Assembly: GCA_001783145.1 (NCBI GenBank) | Contig: MFQT01000016.1 | Location: forward strand, 3,796-67,795 | Direction of reading: 5' to 3' | Length of the DNA stretch: 64,000 nucleotides | Origin: Candidatus Magasanikbacteria bacterium RIFOXYB2_FULL_38_10 | GTDB taxonomy: Bacteria > Patescibacteriota > Patescibacteriia > Magasanikbacterales > UBA10003 | Shown: positions 1-9,671 of the stretch, piece by piece | How positions within the stretch are numbered: position 1 is the stretch's first letter | Layout of the letters: every line of letters starts with the position of its first letter | Program-made: the position numbers and the translations under genes | Notes under the pieces: generated by a model | The model's input: only the letters and a program-made list of their open reading frames with translations | What the model was told of the DNA's origin: nothing | Databases searched by the model: none

Positions 1-305
1 GGAAAATTATTGTCATAGAAGGCGTCCGACGTCTGGCTGACATCAGCTATTTAGGCCAACTTCCTAATTTTGTTTTAGTGGAAATTTTTGCTGACCCTAA
101 AATCAGATATGAACGTTTGATCAAACGTGGAGAAAATGCCGATGACACTAAAAAAACTTATGAAGAATTTTTAGCCGACCATCAGCGTTCTACCGAACTT
201 TCCATCCTAAATGTAATCACACAAGCCAAAGAAAAAATAGACAACAATGGCAATTGGGAAAACCTACACCGGCAATTAGATGATTTGGTTGCCAAATATA
301 CGTAA
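1..305 (+). CDS. C-terminal fragment of a P-loop nucleotide/nucleoside kinase-like protein (5' end outside window)
   Basis: The reading frame is open from position 3 (translation ...KIIVIEGVRRLADISYLGQLPNFVLVEIFADPKIRYERLIKRG...) and stops at 305. It resembles the lid/C-terminal part of small NMP/dephospho-CoA kinase-like proteins. No P-loop is visible because the N-terminus is missing. Confidence 0.3.
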   Translation, partial: KIIVIEGVRRLADISYLGQLPNFVLVEIFADPKIRYERLIKRGENADDTKKTYEEFLADHQRSTELSILNVITQAKEKIDNNGNWENLHRQLDDLVAKYT

Positions 306-306
306 T

Positions 307-1155
307 ATGTTAATTGATTTGCATACTCACACCACTTTTTCCGACGGGCTAATGAAAGTGGAAGAATTGGTGGAAAAAGCCGGGAAAAGACGCCTTAAAT
401 TATTGGCCTTAACCGATCATGATACAGTGGCCGGACTTTCTTTATTTTTAAAATTGTGCCGAAAAAATAAAATACCGGCCATCGTAGGAATTGAATTGAG
501 CACGGAATTGGAAGGACAGGAGTTGCATATTGTGGGATACAATTTTAATCGTTTTTTTAAACAGCTTTTACAAATTTTAAAACAACAGCAACACAAAAGA
601 ATAGAACGCGCCCGTAAAATAATTGCTCGTTTTCAAAAAATCGGCATTTATTTTGACAAAAAAACAATTCAAAACCTGCTTAGTCAACCTAATGTAGGCA
701 AACCGCAATTAGGACGTGCTATTTTGCAAGGCACCTCTAACCAAAAAATACTAAAAAGGGTTTTTAATTTTCAAGGCAATCTTTCCGATTTCATTGGCGG
801 ATTTTTGGATCAACCGGGACAATTCGGTTATGTGCCTAAGAAAAAATTGGATAGTATTAAGGCGATTAAACTTATCTCATCAGCCGGGGGGGTGGCGGCA
901 TTGGCCCATCCGGATTTGGATTTAACTAATCAACAGCGCGCTGAGTATTTTATCAAAAAATTAAAACAAGTAGGATTGTGGGGTTTAGAAAATCCACATA
1001 ATCGCTTAGAGGCGCAGCCTTTTTTTCAAAAGCTGGCGCAAAAAAATAATCTGGTTTTAACTTTTGGCTCAGATACACACAATATTAAAAATATAGGAGT
1101 AAAAATTAAAAAGGAGCAATTTAAAAATATCTTGGGGTTGTTAACGCAAAATTAA
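307..1155 (+). CDS. PHP-domain metal-dependent phosphoesterase
   Basis: N-terminal motif LIDLHTHTTFSDG is characteristic of the PHP family, with ALTDHDT and AHPD histidine motifs later. ATG at 307 is in frame with the listed ORF 280..1155 and avoids overlap with the upstream gene. Confidence 0.7.
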   Translation: MLIDLHTHTTFSDGLMKVEELVEKAGKRRLKLLALTDHDTVAGLSLFLKLCRKNKIPAIVGIELSTELEGQELHIVGYNFNRFFKQLLQILKQQQHKRIERARKIIARFQKIGIYFDKKTIQNLLSQPNVGKPQLGRAILQGTSNQKILKRVFNFQGNLSDFIGGFLDQPGQFGYVPKKKLDSIKAIKLISSAGGVAALAHPDLDLTNQQRAEYFIKKLKQVGLWGLENPHNRLEAQPFFQKLAQKNNLVLTFGSDTHNIKNIGVKIKKEQFKNILGLLTQN

Positions 1156-1221
1156 ATCCGTCTTAATCTTTTTTTAAAAAAGTAAAAAATGATCAAAAAA
1201 ATTCAAATTTTGTAATACTAT

Positions 1222-1248
1222 CCAACCCCCAACCGGGTTGGTTTTTTT
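1222..1248 (+). terminator. Rho-independent terminator after PHP gene
   Basis: CCAACCC / GGGTTGG 7-bp stem followed by a T7 run. Confidence 0.5.
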
Positions 1249-1250
1249 AT

Positions 1251-1279
1251 TTGTAAAACCACTCTGTCTATGCTACAAT
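1251..1279 (+). promoter_or_regulatory. sigma70-like promoter for thyX-tmk
   Basis: TTGTAA, 17-nt spacer, TACAAT, about 35 nt upstream of the thyX ATG. Confidence 0.5.
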
Positions 1280-1313
1280 ATCTAAACAAAAATTCTTAAT
1301 TTTACCCATAATT

Positions 1314-2786
1314 ATGGCCGAAAAAGGACCACAGGAGGAAAAAAAATCTAATGAACTTTCTGTTTACAGCTTGGATTATTTAAAACCAGAAGTGGTAGCT
1401 GTGGCCTTTGCCAAATGTTCTCGTTCGCCAGAATCTTTTGCCGATATCGCCGCGGAATTAACCGATGCCAAATCCGCTGATTTTCATGAAAAATGGGTGG
1501 TGGGCTATGGACATTCCAGTGTAGCGGAACACGCCACCTTGCATATGGCCATAGAAAACGTTTCCATTTTGGCCACCAAAGCAATAGAAGACAATCGTTT
1601 AGCCTCTTACACGGAAAAATCCACTCGCTATCAAGTTTTTGATAAAACCAAATACTACAAACCGCAAAATATTCTAAATTCATCCTTGGCTGAGGAATAT
1701 CAAAAAACCATGGATTATATTTTTGATACTTACACAGAGATGAATGAGCCTGTGAAAGAGTTCATTACCAAAAAATATCCGCGCGCAGAGGAAGAACCGG
1801 AAAAAATTTATAATGTCATTACCAAAGCGCGTATTTGTGATAATATTCGCTACCTTTTGCCCACCGCTACCCTAACTAATCTAGGTATGACCGCCAACGC
1901 TCGCGCATTTGAACACGCCATTGTTAAACTTTTGTCTCATCCCTTGGAAGAAATGCGTACTATTGGAGAACAAATGAAAAAAACAGCCCTAGAAATAACC
2001 CCCACTTTGATAAAATTCGCCAATGCCAATGAATACCTTAAACAAACTCCAACTAATTTAACCAATCTCTCCATCAATTTTTTGCCAACCGACAGCGCAC
2101 CTGTTAACCCTGTAGAAATTGTACGATACGATGAAGAGGCGGAAGACAAATTAATTACCACACTCCTTTATCGCGGTTCCAATCTTCCTTACAAACAAAT
2201 CTTAAGTGAGGTAAAAAAGATGCCCCAAGAAGCTAAAGAAAAAGTAATTGATGAAGCTTTAAAAAATCGAGCGGCTTTTGATGCTCCTTTGCGTGAACTG
2301 GAACACATCTATTATACTTTTGACATTTTAATGGATTATGGCGCTTTTCGCGACATTCAACGCCACCGCATGAATACGCAAACCAACCAGGATGTCACCA
2401 TTGTACATGGTTATGAAACTCCGGAAGAAATTGTAGAGGCCGGCTTGCAAGACAAATTTAAAGAAGTAATGAATCGCGCCGTGGATCTTTATCAAAAAAT
2501 TTATCCGATTTTCCCCAAAGAAGCACAGTATGTAGTGCCTTTGGCTTTTAGAAAACGCACACTTTTTACTTGGAATTTGCGGGAATTACACCATTTTATT
2601 TCCCTTAGAAGCGGCAAAAAGGGACACATTTCTTATCGCCGCATTGCCCAGGCTTGTTGGGAAAAATTAAACCAAGTACATCCCCTCTTAGCCAAGTATA
2701 TTAAGGTTGATATGAGCGAAGGATCCTCTTCTTGGGCCTCTACCATGTTCAAGCCGGAGTATTCTTATAAACCAAAAATGGACTAA
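1314..2786 (+). CDS. thyX: FAD-dependent thymidylate synthase ThyX, long tandem-duplicated form
   Basis: N-half has the Thy1-family block GHSSVAEHATLHMAIENVSILATKAIEDNRLASYTEKSTRY, where the RHR of the ThyX motif is replaced by DNR. C-half has a canonical FRDIQRHRMNTQTNQ (RHR...Q...) motif. The gene sits immediately upstream of tmk. Confidence 0.6.
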   Translation: MAEKGPQEEKKSNELSVYSLDYLKPEVVAVAFAKCSRSPESFADIAAELTDAKSADFHEKWVVGYGHSSVAEHATLHMAIENVSILATKAIEDNRLASYTEKSTRYQVFDKTKYYKPQNILNSSLAEEYQKTMDYIFDTYTEMNEPVKEFITKKYPRAEEEPEKIYNVITKARICDNIRYLLPTATLTNLGMTANARAFEHAIVKLLSHPLEEMRTIGEQMKKTALEITPTLIKFANANEYLKQTPTNLTNLSINFLPTDSAPVNPVEIVRYDEEAEDKLITTLLYRGSNLPYKQILSEVKKMPQEAKEKVIDEALKNRAAFDAPLRELEHIYYTFDILMDYGAFRDIQRHRMNTQTNQDVTIVHGYETPEEIVEAGLQDKFKEVMNRAVDLYQKIYPIFPKEAQYVVPLAFRKRTLFTWNLRELHHFISLRSGKKGHISYRRIAQACWEKLNQVHPLLAKYIKVDMSEGSSSWASTMFKPEYSYKPKMD

Positions 2787-2789
2787 AGT

Positions 2790-3461
2790 ATGTTTATCAT
2801 GATAGATGGCATTGATGGCAGTGGCAAAAGTTTGCAAGCAGAACTGCTGATTAACCGTCTAAAAAAAGAAAATTACCCGGTGGAAATAATTAGTTTTCCG
2901 CAGTACGGACAAAAATCCGCCGCGGCCATTGAAGAATACCTTAATGGATTGTATGGCACGGCCGAAGAGGTGGGACCGCATCGCGCCTCGGTTCTTTATG
3001 CCGTGGATAGATTTGCCGCCGCTCCTAAAATAAGAAATTGGCTGCAAGAAAACAAAATTGTTATTGCCAACCGTTATGTCTCCTCCAACATGGGACATCA
3101 AGGGGGCAAGATTAAAGATAATGAGGAAAGAAAAAAATTCTTTGAGTGGAACGATGATCTGGAGTATAATATCTTTGGGATACCCAGGCCGGATCTTAAC
3201 ATAATTTTACATGTCACCGCCTCAATCGCTCAAGAATTGGTAGATAAAAAAGCGGCCCGCGAATATTTAGGTAATACCAAAAAAAGAGATTTACACGAAG
3301 CGGATATAGAACACTTAAAAAATGCGGAAAAAACTTATTTGGAGATCTCGACCTCTTTTCCTGATTTTCATTTGATAGAATGCGTGGAGAATGAAAATAT
3401 TTTGCCTCCGGATAAAATCCATGAAAAAATTTGGGATCTAATTAAAGAAAAATTAAGTTAA
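2790..3461 (+). CDS. tmk: thymidylate kinase
   Basis: IMIDGIDGSGKS P-loop and DRF/DRY region (AVDRFAAAP) typical of dTMP kinase. It follows thyX with a 3-nt gap. Confidence 0.85.
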   Translation: MFIMIDGIDGSGKSLQAELLINRLKKENYPVEIISFPQYGQKSAAAIEEYLNGLYGTAEEVGPHRASVLYAVDRFAAAPKIRNWLQENKIVIANRYVSSNMGHQGGKIKDNEERKKFFEWNDDLEYNIFGIPRPDLNIILHVTASIAQELVDKKAAREYLGNTKKRDLHEADIEHLKNAEKTYLEISTSFPDFHLIECVENENILPPDKIHEKIWDLIKEKLS

Positions 3462-3469
3462 TTAATTTT

Positions 3470-4486
3470 ATGAATTTAAGAAACAAATACGCTCTTTTTT
3501 ATGTTTTAGGCCTCCTTAGTATTATTGTACCGGTTATTTTAATGCCGGCTTCTTTAAGACAAAACCTTAAAGCCTACATCATAATCTTTATTGTTTGGTT
3601 GGCCTTAAGAATCTACATCAACTACTGGTATGGCAAAAAAATAAATTTACCCAACACCGCTCATTTTTGGTCCAGTCTTTTTGTGGATGTGGGTTTTTTA
3701 TTCATGCTTGGATTTGATCGCCAACTTTTGCCCGCTCTTAGTATTTTTAAAGAAGCGCTTAATATCTTTAAAGTTAACTGCAAAACTTTCCTAAAAATTC
3801 TTGGCTGGCTTTTAATTCCAGCGGTGCTTTTAATCATACTTAATATTTTTGACACTTTAACGAATCTTAAATACGTTAATTACAGTTTTCCAATTTATCT
3901 TTTGTTGTCAGCTTTAAGTTTTATCATTGGACTTTGGACGCAAATTGTCTTAATCAGATTAACCAGTGCCAGCTTAACTAAAGAACCTCTTAATGAAAAA
4001 ATCCTTTACACGGAAAGCTGGAGGGACACCGCGCCATTTTTATGGATTTCTATTTTAATGGGTCTTATCATCATGGCCGGCACAATTCTTTTAGTGATTC
4101 CCGGCTTAATTTTTACCATCTGGTATTTATTTTCCCTTTACATCTTTGCTGTTGAAGGCAAGCGCGGTTATAGCGCCTTGCAAAGAAGCAAAGAACTGGT
4201 GCAAGGAAAATTTTGGGCAATAGTGTGGCGTCTGGTTGTCACTGGGTTTTTTTATGGGTTGATCATCTTTGTAATCATCGCCATTCCCACTTTAATCATT
4301 GGATTGATCACTCAATTTAATCAATTTTCTTCTGTCTTTTCTACTATGCCCTGGTGGCTAAACGCCCTGCAAAGCGTGACAGCTATCTTGGTCCTACCTT
4401 TAAATATCGGCCTCATGACTATAATGTTTAAAGATTTGAAAGATAATTCCCCCGCCCCGGAATCAATCCCGGCTAATCTAAACTAA
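3470..4486 (+). CDS. polytopic integral membrane protein, function unknown
   Basis: About 8 hydrophobic segments with no recognisable catalytic motif. Confidence 0.45.
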   Translation: MNLRNKYALFYVLGLLSIIVPVILMPASLRQNLKAYIIIFIVWLALRIYINYWYGKKINLPNTAHFWSSLFVDVGFLFMLGFDRQLLPALSIFKEALNIFKVNCKTFLKILGWLLIPAVLLIILNIFDTLTNLKYVNYSFPIYLLLSALSFIIGLWTQIVLIRLTSASLTKEPLNEKILYTESWRDTAPFLWISILMGLIIMAGTILLVIPGLIFTIWYLFSLYIFAVEGKRGYSALQRSKELVQGKFWAIVWRLVVTGFFYGLIIFVIIAIPTLIIGLITQFNQFSSVFSTMPWWLNALQSVTAILVLPLNIGLMTIMFKDLKDNSPAPESIPANLN

Positions 4487-4488
4487 TT

Positions 4489-6051
4489 ATGTATCAGCCG
4501 GTAATAGGACTAGAAATTCACCTTCAATTAAAAACTAAATCCAAAATGTTCTGCTCTTGCGATAATCGCGGAGAATATTTAGAGCCCAACACCACCATTT
4601 GTCCTATTTGTACAGGGCAGCCCGGCACGCTCCCGGTTCCTAATCAACAAGCGGCCGAGTGGGCGGTAAAAACCGCTCTGGCTTTAAATTGTCAAATTAA
4701 TAAAATCAGTAAGTTTGATCGCAAGCACTATTTTTATCCCGATTTACCCAAGGGCTATCAAATCTCCCAATACGATTTGCCTGTTGGCGAAAAAGGTTTT
4801 GTGGAAATAGAAACTAAAGAAGGAGAGGAAGCGCTGGATAAATTAGTAGAGGAGGAAATACACGGGACAGAAAAAAAATCCAAGCCTTTAAAAAATAAAA
4901 AAAAGATTAGGCTGATCAGAATGCACATGGAAGAGGACGCGGCTAAAAATATACACTTGAGTGGCGATACTTTGGTGGATTTTAATCGCGCCGGCACTCC
5001 GTTGGTAGAAATTGTGACCGAGCCGGATATTTCTTCCAGCGCCGAGGCCAAAACTTTTTTGCAGGAATTGCAAACCATTGCCAGATTTTTACATATTTCC
5101 GATGCGGATATGGAAAAAGGACATCTGCGCTGTGATGTGAACGTTTCTCTACGACCGGAAGGCGACACTAAATTTTATCCCAAGACAGAAATCAAAAATT
5201 TAAATTCTTTTAAAGCCGTGGAAAGGGCCATTGAATACGAAATAAAAAGACAAAGTGAGTTATGGGATAAAGGAGATATTCCGGAAAAATTAACCACCCG
5301 CGGCTGGAACGATGCCAAACAAATTACCGAAGAACAACGTGTTAAAGAAGGTGCCGAAGATTATCGTTATCTACCTGAACCAGATATTCCTGCTTTTGAT
5401 TTGACCAAAATTGCCGAGAGGGCTCAAGCTAATTTGCCAGAATTGCCAGCGCAAACCAGAAATCGTTTTGTAGAAGAATACGGACTTTCCAAATCCGATG
5501 CCCGCATCTTAACTTCCGAACCGGAGTGGGCGGAATTTACAGAAAATGTTTTTAGTGAAGCTTGGGAATGGCTTACTTCCCTGCCGGAGATGGAAGGAAC
5601 GGAGGACGAAATTATGGACAAAAATCGCGCCCGGTTAGGAAAACTAGTTGGCGGCTGGCTCACTTCTAAATTAATGGGGCTGATGGCGGAAAACAAAATT
5701 GATATTAAAATTTTAAAAATTACCCCGGAAAATTTTGCCGAGTTTATCAGTTTAATTTATACCAATAAAATTAACAGCGCCAACGCCCAATTATTACTGG
5801 CCAAAATGTTAGAAGCCGGCGGCGACCCTTCCATAATTATGGAAGAGAATAAATTAGGACAAGTAAAAGATGATGATTTAATTAGTAAAGCAGTGGATAA
5901 TGTAATAAAAATGAATCCGGATCAAGTAGAGCAATACAAAAACGGAAAAGTGGCCGTAATACAATTTCTGATAGGCAAAGTGATGAAGGAAACACAAGGA
6001 CAAGTTGATCCGCAGACCGCGAAGGAAATGCTGGAAGAAAAGTTGAAATAA
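4489..6051 (+). CDS. gatB: aspartyl/glutamyl-tRNA(Asn/Gln) amidotransferase subunit B
   Basis: N-terminus MYQPVIGLEIHLQLKTKSKMFCSC...CPICTGQPGTLPV...FDRKHYFYPDLPKGYQISQ is canonical GatB. A C-terminal GatB/YqeY-like tail is present. Confidence 0.9.
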   Translation: MYQPVIGLEIHLQLKTKSKMFCSCDNRGEYLEPNTTICPICTGQPGTLPVPNQQAAEWAVKTALALNCQINKISKFDRKHYFYPDLPKGYQISQYDLPVGEKGFVEIETKEGEEALDKLVEEEIHGTEKKSKPLKNKKKIRLIRMHMEEDAAKNIHLSGDTLVDFNRAGTPLVEIVTEPDISSSAEAKTFLQELQTIARFLHISDADMEKGHLRCDVNVSLRPEGDTKFYPKTEIKNLNSFKAVERAIEYEIKRQSELWDKGDIPEKLTTRGWNDAKQITEEQRVKEGAEDYRYLPEPDIPAFDLTKIAERAQANLPELPAQTRNRFVEEYGLSKSDARILTSEPEWAEFTENVFSEAWEWLTSLPEMEGTEDEIMDKNRARLGKLVGGWLTSKLMGLMAENKIDIKILKITPENFAEFISLIYTNKINSANAQLLLAKMLEAGGDPSIIMEENKLGQVKDDDLISKAVDNVIKMNPDQVEQYKNGKVAVIQFLIGKVMKETQGQVDPQTAKEMLEEKLK

Positions 6052-6067
6052 ATGAGTAGGGACATAA

Positions 6068-6095
6068 AAAGACAGATTACTTTCTGTCTTTTTTG
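6068..6095 (+). terminator. Rho-independent terminator after gatB
   Basis: AAAGACAG / CTGTCTTT stem followed by a T-run. Confidence 0.6.
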
Positions 6096-6170
6096 GTATT
6101 AAAAAAACAGCAACCGAGGAACACCTCAACCTTGCCTTTAAGCCAAAACTGCGCTAAACTGCACTTATCT

Positions 6171-8210
6171 ATGCCCCAATTTAAGATTAAAGTCAAAATT
6201 AAGCCAGCTGGAGACCAACCTCAAGCCATTGAAAAATTATCCCAAGGGTTGCAAAAAGGATACTCCGCGCAGACCTTGCTTGGCGTCACCGGCTCTGGCA
6301 AAACCTTTACCGTTGCCAATGTAATTGCCAAAACAGGGTTGCCCACTCTTGTAATTGCCCACAACAAAACTTTGGCCGCCCAGCTCTGTAATGAATTTCG
6401 TGAAATTTTTCCGGATAACGCCGTGGAATACTTTGTTTCCTATTATGATTACTACCAACCAGAGGCCTACCTTCCCTCTTCCGATACCTACATAGAAAAA
6501 GAAGCGATGATCAATCAAGAAATTGATCGCTTGCGCCATGCCTGCACCCAAGCACTACTCTCCCGCCGTGATGTTATTATCGTCGCTTCTGTTTCCGCCA
6601 TTTATGGCTTGGGCTCACCCAAAGAATATGAAAAAATTGTTTTGCATTTAAGACGCGGCCAAAAACTTAGCCGACGCGAAATGCTAGAACAACTTATTGA
6701 AATGCAATTCACCCGCACTAATAGTGAATTGAAACGCGGCTCTTTCCGCCTAACCGGACAGGTTTTTGAAATTATGCCGGTGAATGAAGAAATGATCTAT
6801 CGTTTTGAAATTGGCGAAAAAATAAATTTGATTGAACTGGTTGACCCACTTACTCGCCAAATAAAAAGAGAACTGCCCGATGCTTGGTTTTTCCCTGCTC
6901 GGCATTATGTAGCCAGCCCCGAGTCGCGAGAAATGGCTTTTAAAAGTATCCGCCAAGAACTGGAACAGCAGTTGCAACTATTTCAAAAACAAGGAAAAAT
7001 TTTAGAATACGAGCGCCTAAAACGCCGCGTTAATTACGATTTGGAACTCATTAAAAATATAGGTTATTGCAATGGCATAGAAAACTATTCTCGTCATTTT
7101 GAGGATCGCGCTACCGGCGAGCCACCTTTTACGTTACTGGACTATTTTAAAGAAGGTACTGGAAAATTTTTAACTGTGCTCGATGAATCCCACGTGACAG
7201 TTCCGCAAATCCGCGCCATGTATAGTGGAGACAAAGCCCGCAAAGATATTTTGGTAGAGCATGGCTTTCGCCTCCCCTCTGCACGTGATAATCGGCCCCT
7301 AACCTCTGATGAGTTCAACCAAAAGATTGAGCAAGTAATTTATGTCTCCGCCACGCCAGCCGAATTTGAAATCCAAAATAGTGAGCAAGTGGTGGAACAA
7401 ATTGTCCGCCCCACTGGTTTAATTGATCCGGAAATAATCATCAGCCGAATTACTGGAAAAGGAAAAGAAAAATCACAAATTGAAGATTTACTGATTAGAA
7501 TTGACGAACGCATTGCCAAAAAAGAAAGGGTTTTGGTCACCACACTCACTAAAAAAATGGCAGAAGATTTATCCGATTATCTGCTAAAGAAAAAAATTAA
7601 AGTAAAATATTTGCATAGTGGTATTGATACTTTGGAACGCATTGAAATTATTACCGCCTTGCGCAAAGGTGAGATTGATGTGATTGTGGGTGTGAATTTG
7701 CTTCGCGAAGGATTGGATTTGCCAGAAGTTACACTCGTGGCCATTTTAGACGCGGACAAAGAAGGATTTTTGCGCAGCCGCACCAGTTTAATTCAAACCA
7801 TTGGTCGCGCCGCCAGAAATGTCAACGGCCAAGTTGTTATTTACGCCGACCAAATCACTGAATCCATTAAAATAGCAGTTGGAGAAACAGAAAGACGCCG
7901 CGAGATTCAGATCGCTTATAATAAAAATCATGGTATCACACCTAAAACAATTGAAAAAACCATCCGCAACATTTTGGAAGAATTTGGCATCACCGCCAAA
8001 GCCAAAGTCCCTAAAAGACGCACGTTATCAGAAACCACCAAGTTGGATATTTTAGGAGACGGCCGACCGGTGACGGAAATCATCAAAGAAAAAGAAAAGC
8101 TGATGCGCGAGGCGTCGGCGGAATTGGAATTTGAATTAGCTGCTATTTTGCGCGATGAAATAAGTGAACTTAAAAAAATAAATGCGACCGCGCAAAAGGC
8201 TAAAAAATAA
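6171..8210 (+). CDS. uvrB: excinuclease ABC subunit B
   Basis: Walker A GVTGSGKTFT and the UvrB blocks YFVSYYDYYQPEAY and LLREGLDLPEV, with a C-terminal UvrB/UvrC-interaction motif (AILRDEISELKK). ATG at 6171 is in frame with the longer listed ORF. Confidence 0.9.
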   Translation: MPQFKIKVKIKPAGDQPQAIEKLSQGLQKGYSAQTLLGVTGSGKTFTVANVIAKTGLPTLVIAHNKTLAAQLCNEFREIFPDNAVEYFVSYYDYYQPEAYLPSSDTYIEKEAMINQEIDRLRHACTQALLSRRDVIIVASVSAIYGLGSPKEYEKIVLHLRRGQKLSRREMLEQLIEMQFTRTNSELKRGSFRLTGQVFEIMPVNEEMIYRFEIGEKINLIELVDPLTRQIKRELPDAWFFPARHYVASPESREMAFKSIRQELEQQLQLFQKQGKILEYERLKRRVNYDLELIKNIGYCNGIENYSRHFEDRATGEPPFTLLDYFKEGTGKFLTVLDESHVTVPQIRAMYSGDKARKDILVEHGFRLPSARDNRPLTSDEFNQKIEQVIYVSATPAEFEIQNSEQVVEQIVRPTGLIDPEIIISRITGKGKEKSQIEDLLIRIDERIAKKERVLVTTLTKKMAEDLSDYLLKKKIKVKYLHSGIDTLERIEIITALRKGEIDVIVGVNLLREGLDLPEVTLVAILDADKEGFLRSRTSLIQTIGRAARNVNGQVVIYADQITESIKIAVGETERRREIQIAYNKNHGITPKTIEKTIRNILEEFGITAKAKVPKRRTLSETTKLDILGDGRPVTEIIKEKEKLMREASAELEFELAAILRDEISELKKINATAQKAKK

Positions 8211-8239
8211 ATAAACGCTACAAAATTGATAATAAAAAA

Positions 8240-8263
8240 ACTCTGATCATTGCTGATCGGAGT
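8240..8263. terminator. bidirectional terminator between convergent uvrB and HD-domain gene
   Basis: ACTCTGATC / GATCGGAGT stem with one G-U pair, A-run upstream and T-run downstream. Confidence 0.55.
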
Positions 8264-8278
8264 TGTTGTTAGACTAAC

Positions 8279-9166
8279 TTACTTGAGGCCGTTCAAAACC
8301 TCAAAGTATCGCCGCGCCAAGGCCATTTCCACAGCCAGACTCATGGCGGCCGGGGTATAAATTTCCACCGAAAGATTATTATCCCGCAGGTGTCCCAATA
8401 TTCTAGGCTTCAATTCTTCCAGTTCTTTTGTCGATTTGGCCCAAGCGGCAGTACTAACGCTTGTCTTGGCCAAGCTATCCACAACAAAGAAGGCGCCAAT
8501 CTCATCAGCCATGTCAGGAGATTCCTGAATTACAGCCTCGAGCATTACCCTTGCCTCTTCACTATCCACAAAGTCAAAGGAAAAACCATTTGAAAGTCCC
8601 TTAGCAGTGGTTCGCACTTCGCCCAACTTAAAGTGTAAGGCGCAGACGCGGGCCAAATATTCCACCTGCTCATAAGTCAGCCCAAAACCAGTCAGAAAAT
8701 GCTTCATTTTCAAGACGATTTCGCCAGAGGCAATTTCATGTCCCTTGAAACGGAAATTTGGCCGTATTCCGTCCGGTTTCATTCCCTGGAACTCCCGCCG
8801 GGTGAACTTTCCTAAATCATGCAGAGCCGGTGCAATAACCAGACACAGTTCCCACTTATTAAAGTGGCCGACCAACTCCGCGCCCAATCTCATCCCAGCC
8901 GGAGAAAAAACAGGACCAATAAATTGACCAGTATATCCTCTAGCATTATCAATCTTTTTACTGTGGGTGATGACTCCCCACTCATGCCAATTGGTTTCGT
9001 GCATGCGAGGATCATCAGGGTTCAGGGCAAAAGCTTGGCGGTAAGGGTCTTTCTTATCCTGATACAATTTGTCGTTCAGGATTAAAGCCCGTGCCAGCAT
9101 GGGCATAATTTCAAAGAGCCTTGTCTGGATCGTGTCTGCATCCATCTTCTTCTGTTCAAAAATCAT
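8279..9166 (-). CDS. HD-domain phosphohydrolase-like protein, encoded in the GC-rich island
   Basis: H...HD pattern (WHEWGVITH ... ALHDLGKF). Codon usage and GC are clearly higher than in the flanking genes. Confidence 0.55.
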   Translation of the reverse strand: MIFEQKKMDADTIQTRLFEIMPMLARALILNDKLYQDKKDPYRQAFALNPDDPRMHETNWHEWGVITHSKKIDNARGYTGQFIGPVFSPAGMRLGAELVGHFNKWELCLVIAPALHDLGKFTRREFQGMKPDGIRPNFRFKGHEIASGEIVLKMKHFLTGFGLTYEQVEYLARVCALHFKLGEVRTTAKGLSNGFSFDFVDSEEARVMLEAVIQESPDMADEIGAFFVVDSLAKTSVSTAAWAKSTKELEELKPRILGHLRDNNLSVEIYTPAAMSLAVEMALARRYFEVLNGLK

Positions 9167-9192
9167 TTTCTTCTCCCTCTAAAGCTACCTTA

Positions 9193-9220
9193 ATTTTATA
9201 CTTTTTTAGGATTCTGTCAA
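9193..9220 (-). promoter_or_regulatory. sigma70-like promoter for the HD-domain gene
   Basis: On the minus strand: TTGACA, 16-nt spacer, TAAAAT, then a GAGGGAG RBS before the ATG at 9166. Confidence 0.5.
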
Positions 9221-9225
9221 GGCTA

Positions 9226-9254
9226 TTGACAAAAAGCCCAAAATGTGCTATACT
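9226..9254 (+). promoter_or_regulatory. consensus sigma70 promoter for the small-peptide operon
   Basis: Exact TTGACA (9226-9231), 17-nt spacer, TATACT (9249-9254). It is divergent from the HD-gene promoter. Confidence 0.6.
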
Positions 9255-9283
9255 TTAAGGTTAAATTTGTTATTTTAAAGCTG

Positions 9284-9340
9284 ATTTCTCCCTATTTGTG
9301 CCTTAAAAATCTTTAAGATAAGGTAGAAATAGGGAGAAAT
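9284..9340 (+). promoter_or_regulatory. 5' leader stem-loop with 14-bp perfect stem
   Basis: ATTTCTCCCTATTT (9284-9297) is the exact reverse complement of AAATAGGGAGAAAT (9327-9340), with a 29-nt loop. It lies between the promoter and the RBS (GGAGGG) of the 72-aa ORF. Confidence 0.5.
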
Positions 9341-9388
9341 CCCAAGGCAAGTGCTATACCCAATTTCCACGGGTTAAAGTGGGAAAAG

Positions 9389-9607
9389 ATGGAGGGAAAA
9401 ATGAGTCTTTCATTAAAGATCCGGTTGTGGGGATTAGCGGCTCTGGTAGTACTGGCGGGAACAGCCGCCATCATTAATGAGGGCGCGGACACTGAGCCGG
9501 CCAACAATTCCACCCAGGAGACGAATCACCACGACCCCAACAGCTTCGAGGGGTGGTGCGATTCCATCAACAACAGCAACGTGAGTTGCCCCGGCCAAGA
9601 CAAGTAG
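9389..9607 (+). CDS. small secreted/exported peptide (72 aa) with signal peptide and Cys pair
   Basis: After MEGKMSLSLKIRLWGLAALVVLAGTAAI (signal-peptide-like) comes an acidic/polar region with WCDSINNSNVSC. RBS GGAGGG is 7 nt upstream. The gene is GC-rich. Confidence 0.4.
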   Translation: MEGKMSLSLKIRLWGLAALVVLAGTAAIINEGADTEPANNSTQETNHHDPNSFEGWCDSINNSNVSCPGQDK

Positions 9608-9671
9608 TTCCCTGTGCCCTAGTGGTACCATACCCAAGTCGCGAAAAAATCGTTCAAAAACGGAGGGACTA

